Source: an uncultured Bacteroidota bacterium (GTDB lineage Bacteria > Bacteroidota > Bacteroidia > Chitinophagales > Chitinophagaceae). From it: a stretch of 64,000 bases of DNA. The notes beneath the pieces are model-generated. The model worked only from the letters and a program-made list of their open reading frames with translations. It was not told the DNA's origin and did no database searches. The DNA lies in the NCBI GenBank assembly GCA_963766585.1, contig CAVYAV010000001.1:343761-407760 (forward strand), given 5' to 3'. The position numbers and the translations under genes are program-made. Of the stretch, positions 48,480 through 57,891 are shown one piece after another; the stretch's first letter is position 1; each line of letters opens with the position of its first letter.

Positions 48480-48487
48480 TATATTTG
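48480..48487 (+). promoter_or_regulatory. -7 promoter box TATATTTG abutting the M28 peptidase start codon
   Basis: Exact TAnnTTTG match, 5 nt before the ATG at 48493. It is preceded by two copies of aatcggactt (48450-48459 and 48467-48476). Confidence 0.35.
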
Positions 48488-48492
48488 CGCCC

Positions 48493-50010
48493 ATGAAAAT
48501 ATATATTGGTCTACTGCTCACCGGATCTGTTTTATTTTGCAATGCCCAGAAAAAATCAGATCCGGCTTTTTTTGCGAATAATATCAAAGTAGAAACCCTT
48601 CAGAAACACTTGTACCAGATTGCTGGTCCAGCCTTTGAAGGGCGGGAAACGGCAACCGCCGGCCAGCGGAAGACCGCCGCTTATATCGAAGATTATTTTA
48701 GAAGCCTGGGTCTGAAACCTGGTAATAAGGACAGTTTTCAACTTGCCTACCCCGTTTATCAGGACAGCCTGATCAGTTGCAGCCTGCAGATTAATGGCGA
48801 GTATTTCCAGTTAAATAAGGATTATAGTAACCGGAGTTTGTCAAATGCCCATACTTTTTCATTTGGACTCTCAAACGTAGTTTTTGCAGGATATGGTTTA
48901 TCTGACTCTCTATGGGATGACTATAAGGGATTGGATGTGACCGGTAAGATAGTCATGATTCTTGGCAGTTTCCCCCCGGATTATGTCCAGACACAATCGA
49001 GCAAAGGAGTCTATAATCCGGGAGCCAAGGTAGAAGCTGCCCAGCAGCACGGAGCAGTGGCAATTTTCGTTATACAGGAAGACTTTCCCCGCAGGGCAGC
49101 ACCGGATGAGGGACCTATGTACCTGCATTATTTTCGCCCAAGTCTCACTCCAAGTTATTTTTATGTTTCGGAAAAAATAGCCCGTATTATTATGGGTAAT
49201 GACTATGATCTTGCAAAAAAAGGATCATTCGAACACAAAACATACCATTCAGATGTATGGATTTCCCTACAGAAACAAACAAAAAGGCTGCAAAGCACTG
49301 ATGTGCTGGGTTATCTGGAAGGAAAAGACTTGAAAGACCAGCTCCTCGTAATCTCCGCACACTATGATCACCTGGGAAAAAAGGATTCCGTCATTTATTT
49401 CGGGGCAGATGATGATGGCTCCGGAACAGTGAGCCTGCTCGAATTGGCTGCGGCATTCTCAAAAGCCAAGGAAGCGGGTAAGGGACCGCGCAGGAGTATT
49501 CTTTTCCTGGCCAATTCCGGAGAAGAAAAAGGGCTTTTTGGTTCTGAATATTATACCGACCATCCGGTTTATCCATTGAACAGCACAACAGCGGATCTGA
49601 ATATCGATATGATCGGCAGAAAGGATCCGGGAAGAAAACAGGGGGATTCCAATAATTATGTATATATCGTAGGCGATGACAAACTCAGTTCAGACCTACA
49701 TTCCATCAGTGTGGGAATGAATAAAAAATACACAGGTCTTGAGCTGGACTATAAATTCAATGATCCGAAGGATCCCCTTAAAATATTCTACCGCAGTGAT
49801 CATTTCAATTTTGCCCGCAAGGGTGTGCCCATTATTTTTTATTTCGACGGCATCAATAACGATTATCACAAACCCACTGATACGCCTGATAAGATCAACT
49901 ATGATCTGATGGTGAAAAGAGCCCAGCTCGTATTTTATACTGCCTGGGAAATGGCTAACCGGAATGAAATGTTGAAAAGGGACCTTCCGGCAGTGAGAAG
50001 TACCCGGTAA
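48493..50010 (+). CDS. M28-family zinc aminopeptidase with PA-like insert, secreted
   Basis: Signal peptide, and metal-ligand regions SAHYDHLG, GADDDGSG, NSGEEKGLFGSEYY and DMIG. Confidence 0.85.
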   Translation: MKIYIGLLLTGSVLFCNAQKKSDPAFFANNIKVETLQKHLYQIAGPAFEGRETATAGQRKTAAYIEDYFRSLGLKPGNKDSFQLAYPVYQDSLISCSLQINGEYFQLNKDYSNRSLSNAHTFSFGLSNVVFAGYGLSDSLWDDYKGLDVTGKIVMILGSFPPDYVQTQSSKGVYNPGAKVEAAQQHGAVAIFVIQEDFPRRAAPDEGPMYLHYFRPSLTPSYFYVSEKIARIIMGNDYDLAKKGSFEHKTYHSDVWISLQKQTKRLQSTDVLGYLEGKDLKDQLLVISAHYDHLGKKDSVIYFGADDDGSGTVSLLELAAAFSKAKEAGKGPRRSILFLANSGEEKGLFGSEYYTDHPVYPLNSTTADLNIDMIGRKDPGRKQGDSNNYVYIVGDDKLSSDLHSISVGMNKKYTGLELDYKFNDPKDPLKIFYRSDHFNFARKGVPIIFYFDGINNDYHKPTDTPDKINYDLMVKRAQLVFYTAWEMANRNEMLKRDLPAVRSTR

Positions 50011-50016
50011 ACGGAT

Positions 50017-50068
50017 TTATATCAGGAGGCCCCGGTAAACCAATGTCTGCCGGGGCCTCCTGATATAA
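50017..50068. terminator. Bidirectional hairpin terminator between the convergent M28 peptidase gene and tatA
   Basis: Perfect 19-bp inverted repeat ttatatcaggaggccccgg (50017-50035) / ccggggcctcctgatataa (50050-50068) with a 14-nt loop. Confidence 0.7.
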
Positions 50069-50073
50069 GTTCA

Positions 50074-50301
50074 CTAATTTTTGGATGCTTCTGCAGGATT
50101 GGTTTTAGAAGGCTCATTCATGCCATTTTCAAACTCCTGTTTAACATTATTTTTTGCATCGTTAAATTCACGCATTCCCCGTCCAAGTCCCTTCATGAAT
50201 TCAGGAATCTTCCTTCCCCCAAATAAAACAAGCACCGCAATAACGATCAGAATCCATTCACTTCCACCGGGCATGGATAATAAAAACAATTGATTTGTCA
50301 T
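50074..50301 (-). CDS. tatA: Twin-arginine translocase TatA/TatE family subunit
   Basis: 75 aa with a TM helix then an amphipathic helix: WILIVIAVLVLFGGRKIPEFMKGLGRGMREFNDA. Confidence 0.9.
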   Translation of the reverse strand: MTNQLFLLSMPGGSEWILIVIAVLVLFGGRKIPEFMKGLGRGMREFNDAKNNVKQEFENGMNEPSKTNPAEASKN

Positions 50302-50603
50302 AAAACTTCTGGTTTTGAACGATAAAAGTAGCCTTTAATCAGCACCTGTACAAATAAGGGAAACCTTCTCTTCGGGCAGGCCAAATCCTTTTTCCCAGTC
50401 AACTGCCGGGACCCTGCGGGTGGCAAGGCTGAACTTGCGTAAACGGCTCAGTATGAAACACTGTTCTGGCATAAAGCCTTCCCGGGTCCAACCGGTATAC
50501 CCCGGAATGGGGGGTTGAAAAAAGGATGGATTATTTCTACACCCCGGTTTCAGATAATTATTAGTAATTTACTTCAAACGATTGTTAACATAAATAGCCT
50601 GGC

Positions 50604-51038
50604 ATGAAAAAAGTTTCAGACATCTTTCTTCACAAAGAAAGAAAAATCACCGCTGTCCCCCCTACTACTTCTGTTTTGGAAGCCCTGCAAATCATGTCTT
50701 TTCAGAACATCGGCTCAGTTATGGTTATGGAAAATCAGGAATACCTGGGTATTATGACTGAAAGGGATTATTCCAGAAAAGTGATTTTAAAGGGTAAATC
50801 TTCGACGGATACCCCTGTTTCTGAAATTATGTCCAACGACCTACCTGCCGTGAACCTGCATGACAGCATAGAACATTGTATGCAATTAATGGCTGATAAA
50901 AATATCCGGTATCTCCCGGTTTTTGAACAAGATAAGATTTACGGAGTGGTTTCCATTCATGACCTGATTCGCGAAACTATCCAACAGCAACAGGAAACCA
51001 TTTCCCAATTAAAGGATTATCTACACGCAAGTATGTAG
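50604..51038 (+). CDS. CBS domain-pair protein
   Basis: 144 aa with two CBS repeats (...GSVMVMENQEYLGIMTERD... and ...RYLPVFEQDKIYGVVSIHDL...). Confidence 0.85.
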   Translation: MKKVSDIFLHKERKITAVPPTTSVLEALQIMSFQNIGSVMVMENQEYLGIMTERDYSRKVILKGKSSTDTPVSEIMSNDLPAVNLHDSIEHCMQLMADKNIRYLPVFEQDKIYGVVSIHDLIRETIQQQQETISQLKDYLHASM

Positions 51039-51082
51039 CTCTACGCACCTAACTACCTGCGCACCAGCATGGCTTTAATAGA

Positions 51083-51112
51083 CAAAGACTTCGTACCATT
51101 ACGAAGTCTTTG
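51083..51112 (+). terminator. Hairpin terminator downstream of the CBS gene
   Basis: Perfect 13-bp stem caaagacttcgta / tacgaagtctttg with a ccat loop. The downstream T-tract is weak (catttaat). Confidence 0.55.
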
Positions 51113-51365
51113 CATTTAATATCCGCACAGGCAGATCAGGAAACAGGATCCGGACACTATCCAGATTTAAACAATTCAGGTAAATCATAGTTTCCGTATG
51201 AAGACCCGATCCGCGAATTCCTGTTTCGAGTAATACTCGCTAGTGAATTACCCTAAGTATCGTACCAATAATTTTTCCCCAGTAAAGGTTCCAGATTTTT
51301 TCATTCTCCGGCATATTTGAGGAATTAAATAAGCAAATCGGTGAAAAAGATCTCCAAAAGCACTT

Positions 51366-52505
51366 TCATCTTTTTTCAAATGAAAGTCTTTCTGACAAGG
51401 ATTGCAAGGCCTCTTCTTCCGCGACTTCCCGTCCAGGTTTTTCATCTGTCAGGCTCCATTTTATTAACCGGATAAACCCGTCGCAAATTTCAATACCCGT
51501 GATCGTGCCATCATCAAAACAACAACATCCGGAATTGAAATAGGTGGGTTTCATTTTATCAAATGACTTATTAATAAAATCGTATTCACGTTTCCTGCGG
51601 GGAATCTCCGATTCTATTTTTTTAACGGCATCTGCATTGTTCAGGGTCCGGGCCTTCTGCAACCGTTTGTACAACCTTTCGAGATGGGTGAGTGAATTGA
51701 AAACGGGCTGGTGGGTATGGCCGGTTATGAGCAATGTATTTACCTGCGCAGCACTCCAGTCGTACATGTACATATTGTGAAGCGTTTTTAAATTATTATT
51801 GGCCGAAGGGCTGTTGATATTTATCTCCAGCAAATTCTGCAGTGGTCCCCAGACATAACTTACAAACCATTTGCTGAACACATTTCCATCACTTTGTTTA
51901 TCTCCCTGATGACCATGCGTACAAAATATATCCAGAAACTCAGGGGAGCTCAGTTCTGCCCTGATAAGTACTCCGGCAAATATCCGGATGGTTGTCCCAT
52001 AAATTTTCCTGAGCCAGGACGACGCCAGTGGATCGTTGTCCCAGAAAAGATCATGATTTCCGAATACTTTACAATAGGCATCCCGCAGAATAAAACGCTT
52101 TTCTATAGCATATACCGCTGCATTATATTTTGCAATTCCAAACATGGTATTTTCCCATAACTCTTCACAATCTCCGAGATTGATAAAATAAAAATTTTCC
52201 TGATTGTAATATTCCAATGCCGTCAGGTAAGTTTTTTCACATACCCTAAAATCGTCAGATCCGTTTCGGGTGCCACGGTGCTGATCGCTGAAAATAATAA
52301 TGCGCTGATGAACGTCATTTAGATTTATACGTTTCAGTTTCCTGCTTTTGGGTTTGGAAGATTCTTTATATAGTTTGGTGAGTGCGTCCAGTACGGCTGC
52401 CTTGTCCGGTGCGGAAGAAACTTTGGCTGCCAGCCAGGTTACCGGCCTCTTCAATAAGAAACGAAGAACTTTCCTAATGAATTGAAGCAGGCTGGTGAAA
52501 ATCAT
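51366..52505 (-). CDS. Metallophosphoesterase (calcineurin-like phosphoesterase family)
   Basis: Motifs IFSDQHRG, LGDCEELWEN, GNHD, CTHGHQGD and GHTH in canonical order. The start overlaps the rpiA stop (ATGA). Confidence 0.8.
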   Translation of the reverse strand: MIFTSLLQFIRKVLRFLLKRPVTWLAAKVSSAPDKAAVLDALTKLYKESSKPKSRKLKRINLNDVHQRIIIFSDQHRGTRNGSDDFRVCEKTYLTALEYYNQENFYFINLGDCEELWENTMFGIAKYNAAVYAIEKRFILRDAYCKVFGNHDLFWDNDPLASSWLRKIYGTTIRIFAGVLIRAELSSPEFLDIFCTHGHQGDKQSDGNVFSKWFVSYVWGPLQNLLEININSPSANNNLKTLHNMYMYDWSAAQVNTLLITGHTHQPVFNSLTHLERLYKRLQKARTLNNADAVKKIESEIPRRKREYDFINKSFDKMKPTYFNSGCCCFDDGTITGIEICDGFIRLIKWSLTDEKPGREVAEEEALQSLSERLSFEKR

Positions 52506-53191
52506 GCATCTTCATTTAATCTCGTTATGACCCGGGTCTCCCCTGTGTTGAACCCGAGTACAAGTTTCGTGGCAATTTGTATAAATAATCCGTTATCCAC
52601 TACTCCTGTAATGGCATTTATAGCATCATGAAGGATGGGAGGGTTGATGATCTCTTCAAATGCGCAGTCAAGAATATAATTCCCATTGTCAGTAAGGTAA
52701 GGTTCAGTACCATTCATTCTTCTTTTTGGGTCACAACCCAGCAGTTGTAATTTTTCAAATACCCGCTCCCATCCGAAATGGATTACTTCCACCGGGAGTG
52801 GAAATTTTCCCAGGGTTTTTATCCATTTTGATTCATCTGCAACTACAATCATCTGCCTGCTGTTAGTTGCTACAATTTTCTCCCGCAACAATGCACCGCC
52901 GCCACCTTTTATTAATTGGAGCTTGTCATTTACTTCGTCTGCCCCGTCAATGGTCACATCGATCGATTTCACTGTAGAAAAGTCAACGATGGGGATACCG
53001 AGCGATCTCGCCTGCTCTTCGGACCGGATTGAAGTTGCGATGGCCTTCACCTTCCATTTGTCTTTATTTACCTTTTCCCCGATTTTTTCTATCGCCCAGT
53101 AAGCGGTGGAACCGGTACCCAGACCAATTGTCATTCCGTTATCAAGAAAAGTAACAGCTTTTTCGGCAGCCAGTTGTTTTGCGTTTGTCAT
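52502..53191 (-). CDS. rpiA: Ribose-5-phosphate isomerase A
   Basis: GLGTGSTAYW, IDGADEV and KGGGGALLREK motifs. The ATG at 53191 is preferred over 53227 because it gives a typical length and avoids overlapping the mutS2 tail. Confidence 0.9.
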   Translation of the reverse strand: MTNAKQLAAEKAVTFLDNGMTIGLGTGSTAYWAIEKIGEKVNKDKWKVKAIATSIRSEEQARSLGIPIVDFSTVKSIDVTIDGADEVNDKLQLIKGGGGALLREKIVATNSRQMIVVADESKWIKTLGKFPLPVEVIHFGWERVFEKLQLLGCDPKRRMNGTEPYLTDNGNYILDCAFEEIINPPILHDAINAITGVVDNGLFIQIATKLVLGFNTGETRVITRLNEDA

Positions 53192-53195
53192 TGGT

Positions 53196-55314
53196 TTATA
53201 CTGAAGTTTCAGGTTTAATTTTTTCATGGATTAGCACGAGATCCCCCAGATCGAGGGTAATTGGTATCATACCTACCTGTACAACTGCTTTTTTTCCCCT
53301 GATTTCCCTGACGGTACCTGTCTGGTGGCTTTTTTTCATTTTTACAGATGAACCTACCCGAATATCTCCCTGAACCTCCATGATATTTTGAATCGAACTT
53401 CTTCTTCATTTTTTCAGAAACCGGTTTCTCTTTCTGGTTAAACAAAAGAGCCTGCATTTGTTTGATCACTTCCTGCTTATTTTCCGCCTTTCGCCAATCG
53501 AATATAATCTGTTTCAACTTTCGTTCCATTTCTTTCAGGTAACTCAAACGCTCGGCAGAAATTTTATTTTGTTCCTTCAGAATCTGCAACTGCTGCTCGT
53601 GTTTTTCCTTTTGCAACGTTTTTTCCAGCTCCGTTTTCAACTTCGCATTTTCTTTCAGAAGCACCTGCAACTCTTTATTTTTTGCCTCCAGGTTTCGAAG
53701 ATCCTGTTCAGTCCGGTTGAGTAATTTATCCAACCGGAAATGTTCCTCATCCACCAGTTTACGCGCATTCCGGATAAGGTCCGGATGAAGCCCAATTCTT
53801 TCAGCGATTGAAAACGTATAAGAACTGCCCGGTTTACCCATAATTAACTGGTAAAGGGGTTGTAAACTTTGTTCATCAAAGGCCATCGCGCCGTTTATGA
53901 TCCCGGGCGTTTTATTAGCCATCACTTTGAGGTTCAGGTAATGGGTGGTTACGATTCCAAACGAATGTTTTTTCACAAGTTCCTGGAGAATCACTTCGGC
54001 AAAGGCTCCTCCAAGGTTGGGATCACTCCCACTTCCGAGTTCATCAATAAAAAACAACGTCCGCCCATTTGCTTCTTCCATGAAATGTTTCATATTGATA
54101 AGGTGCGAACTATACGTGCTCAGCTCAAACTCCAGACTTTGAGTATCCCCAATATGAATCATGATCTGTTTAAAAATACCCAGGGTGGAACCAGAATCCA
54201 CAGGTATCAGCAGTCCCGCCTGCGCCATCAACTGTAATAATCCTACAGTTTTCATAGTCACCGTTTTCCCACCGGCATTGGGACCCGAAATTACCAGAAG
54301 ACGGTTTTTTTCGTCCAGTTTAATATTGACCGGAATAGTAGGCTTTTGGGATCTTTTGTGGTATAAAAAAAGCAAGGGATGAAATGCCCTGACAAGATGA
54401 ACATGGGACCCGTCCTGCAGGTTCGGATGTATTCCCTGTATATCGATGGCCAGTCGGGCTTTCCCCTGAATAAAATCAAATTCTCCTATTATTTCGAGAT
54501 AGTTATTCAGTAAGGGCGCATAAACAGAAAGACGTGCCGTCAGATCTCTCAGAATCCTGTGCACCTCCCGGCTTTCCGCATGCTCCAGTGAAAAAATTTC
54601 ATTGTTCAGACCGATGGTTTCTTCTGGTTCAATGAAAGAAGTCCTGCGGCTGTCACTTTCTCCGTGCAATATCCCTTTAACCTGTCTTTTATGTTCAGCA
54701 AACAAGGCCACCACCCGCCGCCCATTCAAAAATGCTTCTTCCGTTTCCGCAACGAATCCTGATTTGTTAAGTTTAGCTACAATACGATCGAATAATCGAC
54801 GCAATTCATTTCGTTTTCTAAACAGGGACATCCGGATGTCGGCCAGCTCCGGGGAGGCCTTATCCCGTACCTGACCGTTCTCTTCCAGGATCTCATCAAT
54901 ATCCCGCACGATTACTTTCTCATAGTAACTGTCTTTAACAACCGAAGTAAGAGCGGAATAAGCCAGTCTGCGTTCCCGGTCGAACCAGTGAAATATCTGG
55001 CGAAGCGTGTCCGCGAGTTTTCGGATCTGCAGGAATTGTTCGCCACTCAGGGAAGCACCGGAAAGACCAAGCAACCTGATTTCGCGGGCAAGATTCAGGT
55101 TTTCTTCATTTGGAAAATACTGCCCTTGTTCCAGCAGGGTTTTAAATTCGCTGGTTTTTTGCAATTCAATCTGAATAAATTCCAGCCGCGTATGGATCCT
55201 GAGCGAAGCTGCTTTTTCCCTGGCATAGGCAGACTTGCATTTCTCAGTGAGTAAATCCCTGATTTTATCAAATTCAAGCTGCCCCAGGGCGGATTCCGGA
55301 AAATATCGTATCAT
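53196..55314 (-). pseudogene. mutS2: MutS2-family protein, frame-disrupted near 53382-53405 and lacking a C-terminal Smr domain
   Basis: The 696-aa ORF has the MutS ATPase core (GPNAGGKTV Walker A, FIDELGSGSDP) and a long coiled coil, then turns into nonsense. The adjacent frame (53196-53381) encodes the expected tail MEVQGDIRVGSSVKMKKSHQTGTVREIRGKKAVVQVGMIPITLDLGDLVLI. Confidence 0.75.
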
Positions 55315-55320
55315 TCAAAA

Positions 55321-55328
55321 CAAAGTTA
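55321..55328 (-). promoter_or_regulatory. -7 promoter box (TAACTTTG on minus strand) abutting the mutS2 start codon
   Basis: Exact TAnnTTTG match, 6 nt upstream of the ATG at 55314. Confidence 0.3.
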
Positions 55329-55401
55329 GTTAACGAACATTTAAAAGCCTTCAATTGTCATATATCTTGCAATCCGGCTTTTGGAACCCCGCGTATATTG
55401 C

Positions 55402-56073
55402 ATGAGAAAAAGAATGAAAATCAATATGTTTACCGCAATCCTTTTCAGCACAATTTCCCTGGTTTCCTGTAATCAATCATCAACGCAAAATAAAATTATG
55501 TACGAAGAAACCATTCCTGTCGGTACAAAGACGGATACCGCTACTTTCGGAACCGGATGTTTCTGGTGTACCGAGGCTGTTTTCCAGGAACTAAAAGGTG
55601 TTCTAAAAGTCACATCAGGATATTCCGGAGGAACGGTTAAAAACCCTTCTTATGAAGACGTTTGTTCCGGCACAACCGGGCATGCCGAATGTCTTCAAAT
55701 TGTTTATGATCCCAAAACGATCAGTTTTGATGAATTGCTGGAAGTGTTCTGGGAAGCCCACGATCCCACCACCCTGAACAGGCAGGGCAATGATGTGGGA
55801 ACACAGTACCGCAGTGTTATTTTTTATCATGATGTCGAACAAAAACACAAAGCCGAAGAATATAAAATCAAATTAGACAAGAGTGGCGCCTATGATAGTC
55901 CAATTGTTACAGAAATTACTGCTTTTAGCCATTTTTATGCGGCTGAAGATTATCACCAGGACTACTACCGGCTACATGGGAACCAGCCTTACTGTTCCTT
56001 TGTGATACGGCCCAAGGTGGAAAAATTTGAAAAGGTATTTAAGAATAAACTGAAAACCACCACCACGCCATAG
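55402..56073 (+). CDS. msrA: Peptide-methionine (S)-S-oxide reductase MsrA, exported/lipoprotein form
   Basis: Signal with Cys (...STISLVSCNQ) and catalytic GCFWCTEAVF motif. The ATG at 55402 is preferred over the TTG at 55381. Confidence 0.9.
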   Translation: MRKRMKINMFTAILFSTISLVSCNQSSTQNKIMYEETIPVGTKTDTATFGTGCFWCTEAVFQELKGVLKVTSGYSGGTVKNPSYEDVCSGTTGHAECLQIVYDPKTISFDELLEVFWEAHDPTTLNRQGNDVGTQYRSVIFYHDVEQKHKAEEYKIKLDKSGAYDSPIVTEITAFSHFYAAEDYHQDYYRLHGNQPYCSFVIRPKVEKFEKVFKNKLKTTTTP

Positions 56074-56130
56074 TCAGGTCTTCTTCCTGGTTTCCTGATT
56101 ATCGCTTACATTCGTCAAAATTTTCTTTCC

Positions 56131-57342
56131 ATGAATCTGCATGAATACCAGGCTAAGGAATTGCTCAAAAAATACAATGTGCCCGTACAGGAAGGCATAC
56201 CAGTGGACACCGCTAATGCGGCCGAAGAAGCCTACAAACAAATTAAAGTAAATACCGGGAACTCCTTTGCCGTTGTAAAGGCGCAGATTCATGCAGGGGG
56301 CCGTGGAAAGGGTAAGATCAAAGGAACTGAGCAAAAAGGTGTAGCTGTTGCGAAAAACGCCGAAGACGTGCGCAATTTTGCATCCAATATGCTTGGTGGC
56401 ACCCTGGTTACCATCCAGACCGGAGAAGCGGGGCGTGTCGTGCATAAGATTCTGGTTGCGCAGGATGTCTATTATCCCGGCGCCAACCCGGTAAAAGAGT
56501 TTTATCTCTCCATCCTGCTGGACCGGTCAAAGGGTCAGAATGTTTTCATGTACAGCACGGAAGGCGGAATGGATATTGAAGAAGTAGCCCATAAAACGCC
56601 TGAGAAAATATTTAAGGAATGGGTATTCCCGGGAGCCGCACTGCAGGGTTTCCAGGCAAGGAAAATTGCATTTAATCTGGGACTAACCGGCGAAGCATTT
56701 AAGAATTGCACACGGTTTGTCACCAACCTCTATAATGCTTATGTAGGTCTGGATTGCTCTATGCTGGAGATTAATCCGTTATTTAAAACCAGTGATGAAA
56801 AAATCATTGCGGTGGATTGTAAAATGAATCTGGACGATAACTCACTCATGCGCCATCCTGACCTGGAAGGGATGCGCGATATCGGAGAAGAGGATCCTAC
56901 CGAAGTGGAAGCAGGAAAATACAACCTGAATTTTGTAAAGCTCGACGGTAACGTGGGTTGCATGGTGAACGGTGCCGGACTGGCCATGGCCACCATGGAT
57001 ATGATTAAACTCAGCGGTGGTGAACCTGCGAATTTTCTGGATGTAGGCGGCTCTGCAAATGCCCAAACGGTGGAAGCCGGTTTCCGGATCATTTTAAAAG
57101 ACCCCAAAGTAAAAGCCATACTGATTAATATCTTCGGGGGTATCGTTCGCTGCGACCGCGTGGCCCAGGGTGTTATCGATGCATATCATTCCATTGGCAC
57201 TATTCATGTGCCCATCATCGTCCGGCTACAGGGCACCAATGCCGTGGAAGCAAAAAAACTGATTGAAGAAAGCGGTTTGAAAGTGCAGTCAGCCATCCTG
57301 CTAAGTGAAGCAGCAGCCCTGGTGAACAAAGCTGTAGCCTGA
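56131..57342 (+). CDS. sucC: Succinate--CoA ligase (ADP-forming) beta subunit
   Basis: Starts MNLHEYQAKELLKKYNVP, with an ATP-grasp fold and a C-terminal ligase-CoA domain (...INIFGGIVRCD...). Confidence 0.95.
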   Translation: MNLHEYQAKELLKKYNVPVQEGIPVDTANAAEEAYKQIKVNTGNSFAVVKAQIHAGGRGKGKIKGTEQKGVAVAKNAEDVRNFASNMLGGTLVTIQTGEAGRVVHKILVAQDVYYPGANPVKEFYLSILLDRSKGQNVFMYSTEGGMDIEEVAHKTPEKIFKEWVFPGAALQGFQARKIAFNLGLTGEAFKNCTRFVTNLYNAYVGLDCSMLEINPLFKTSDEKIIAVDCKMNLDDNSLMRHPDLEGMRDIGEEDPTEVEAGKYNLNFVKLDGNVGCMVNGAGLAMATMDMIKLSGGEPANFLDVGGSANAQTVEAGFRIILKDPKVKAILINIFGGIVRCDRVAQGVIDAYHSIGTIHVPIIVRLQGTNAVEAKKLIEESGLKVQSAILLSEAAALVNKAVA

Positions 57343-57798
57343 TCAGTCCTTAACTATTCCATCCGGTCTTTTTTTTCCAAGCACTTCTACCTTGACGTGT
57401 GCCAGACCATGGCCGGTAAATTTTAATTTTTTAGCGGCTGATTTACTGAGGTCAATTAGTCGCTTGTTGTTTTTATGCATTCGGTCATTAATACGTACAA
57501 CTACTGTAAAATTGTTTCGTATATTAGTTACCCTTACCCATTGATTCAGGGGAATAATATTGCTCGCCGCTGTTAGTTTATTCTGGCTGAAGATTTCACC
57601 AGTTGCCGTTTGTCTCCCCTCAAATTTATTTGCATAGTAACTCGCTGTGCCGTAATGAATTTTTTCTTTACTTACCTTCCTTTTAGATTTTTTAGAAGTA
57701 TGTTTTGTAGTGGAAGAATTGCCATTCCTGGTAGTTTCCTGAGCTTTCAGCGTTCCTAAGGAAATCATAAAAGCCAGGAAGAGAATGGATCTTTTCAT
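57343..57798 (-). CDS. rlpA: Septal-ring lytic transglycosylase RlpA-family protein (DPBB domain)
   Basis: Signal peptide plus GTASYYANKFEGRQTATGEIFSQNKLTAAS...VRVTNIRNNFTVVVRINDR. Confidence 0.85.
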   Translation of the reverse strand: MKRSILFLAFMISLGTLKAQETTRNGNSSTTKHTSKKSKRKVSKEKIHYGTASYYANKFEGRQTATGEIFSQNKLTAASNIIPLNQWVRVTNIRNNFTVVVRINDRMHKNNKRLIDLSKSAAKKLKFTGHGLAHVKVEVLGKKRPDGIVKD

Positions 57799-57891
57799 AA
57801 AGGCAGTTTAAGAATGGCAAATTGTACATGTTTTGATATACGGGGAAAAGATCCCCGTCACAAACAATTATCCATTAACAACTAACAATTA

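Noticed and set aside
50430-50520. Loose resemblance of …gcgtaaacgg…gaaa…tggcataaagccttcccggg… to the GCAAA/GAAA tetraloop-receptor pattern of c-di-GMP-I (GEMM-I) riboswitches. I also compared the gap with SRP RNA, RNase P, tmRNA, and cobalamin, TPP, SAM and ZTP riboswitch cores.
   Set aside because: Only short, gapped similarities appear and the key conserved cores do not line up. Without a covariance-model scan I cannot support any named RNA family. The region is reported only as an unexplained structured/coding-like gap.
51248-51445. 65-aa minus-strand ORF overlapping the 3' end of the metallophosphoesterase gene. I considered it as a possible third frameshift continuation.
   Set aside because: The phosphoesterase frame ends naturally (…EEEALQSLSERLSFEKR). 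The overlapping ORF has no recognisable features or start-site signals.
53224-53400. C-terminal ~55 aa of the 696-aa MutS2 track ORF (…KYHGGSGRYSGRFICKNEKKPPDRYRQGNQGKKSSCTGRYDTNYPRSGGSRANP), which might be a novel basic tail overlapping rpiA.
   Set aside because: The composition is typical of out-of-frame translation. The adjacent frame gives the conserved MutS2 KOW-like motif, so this tail is a frameshift artefact.
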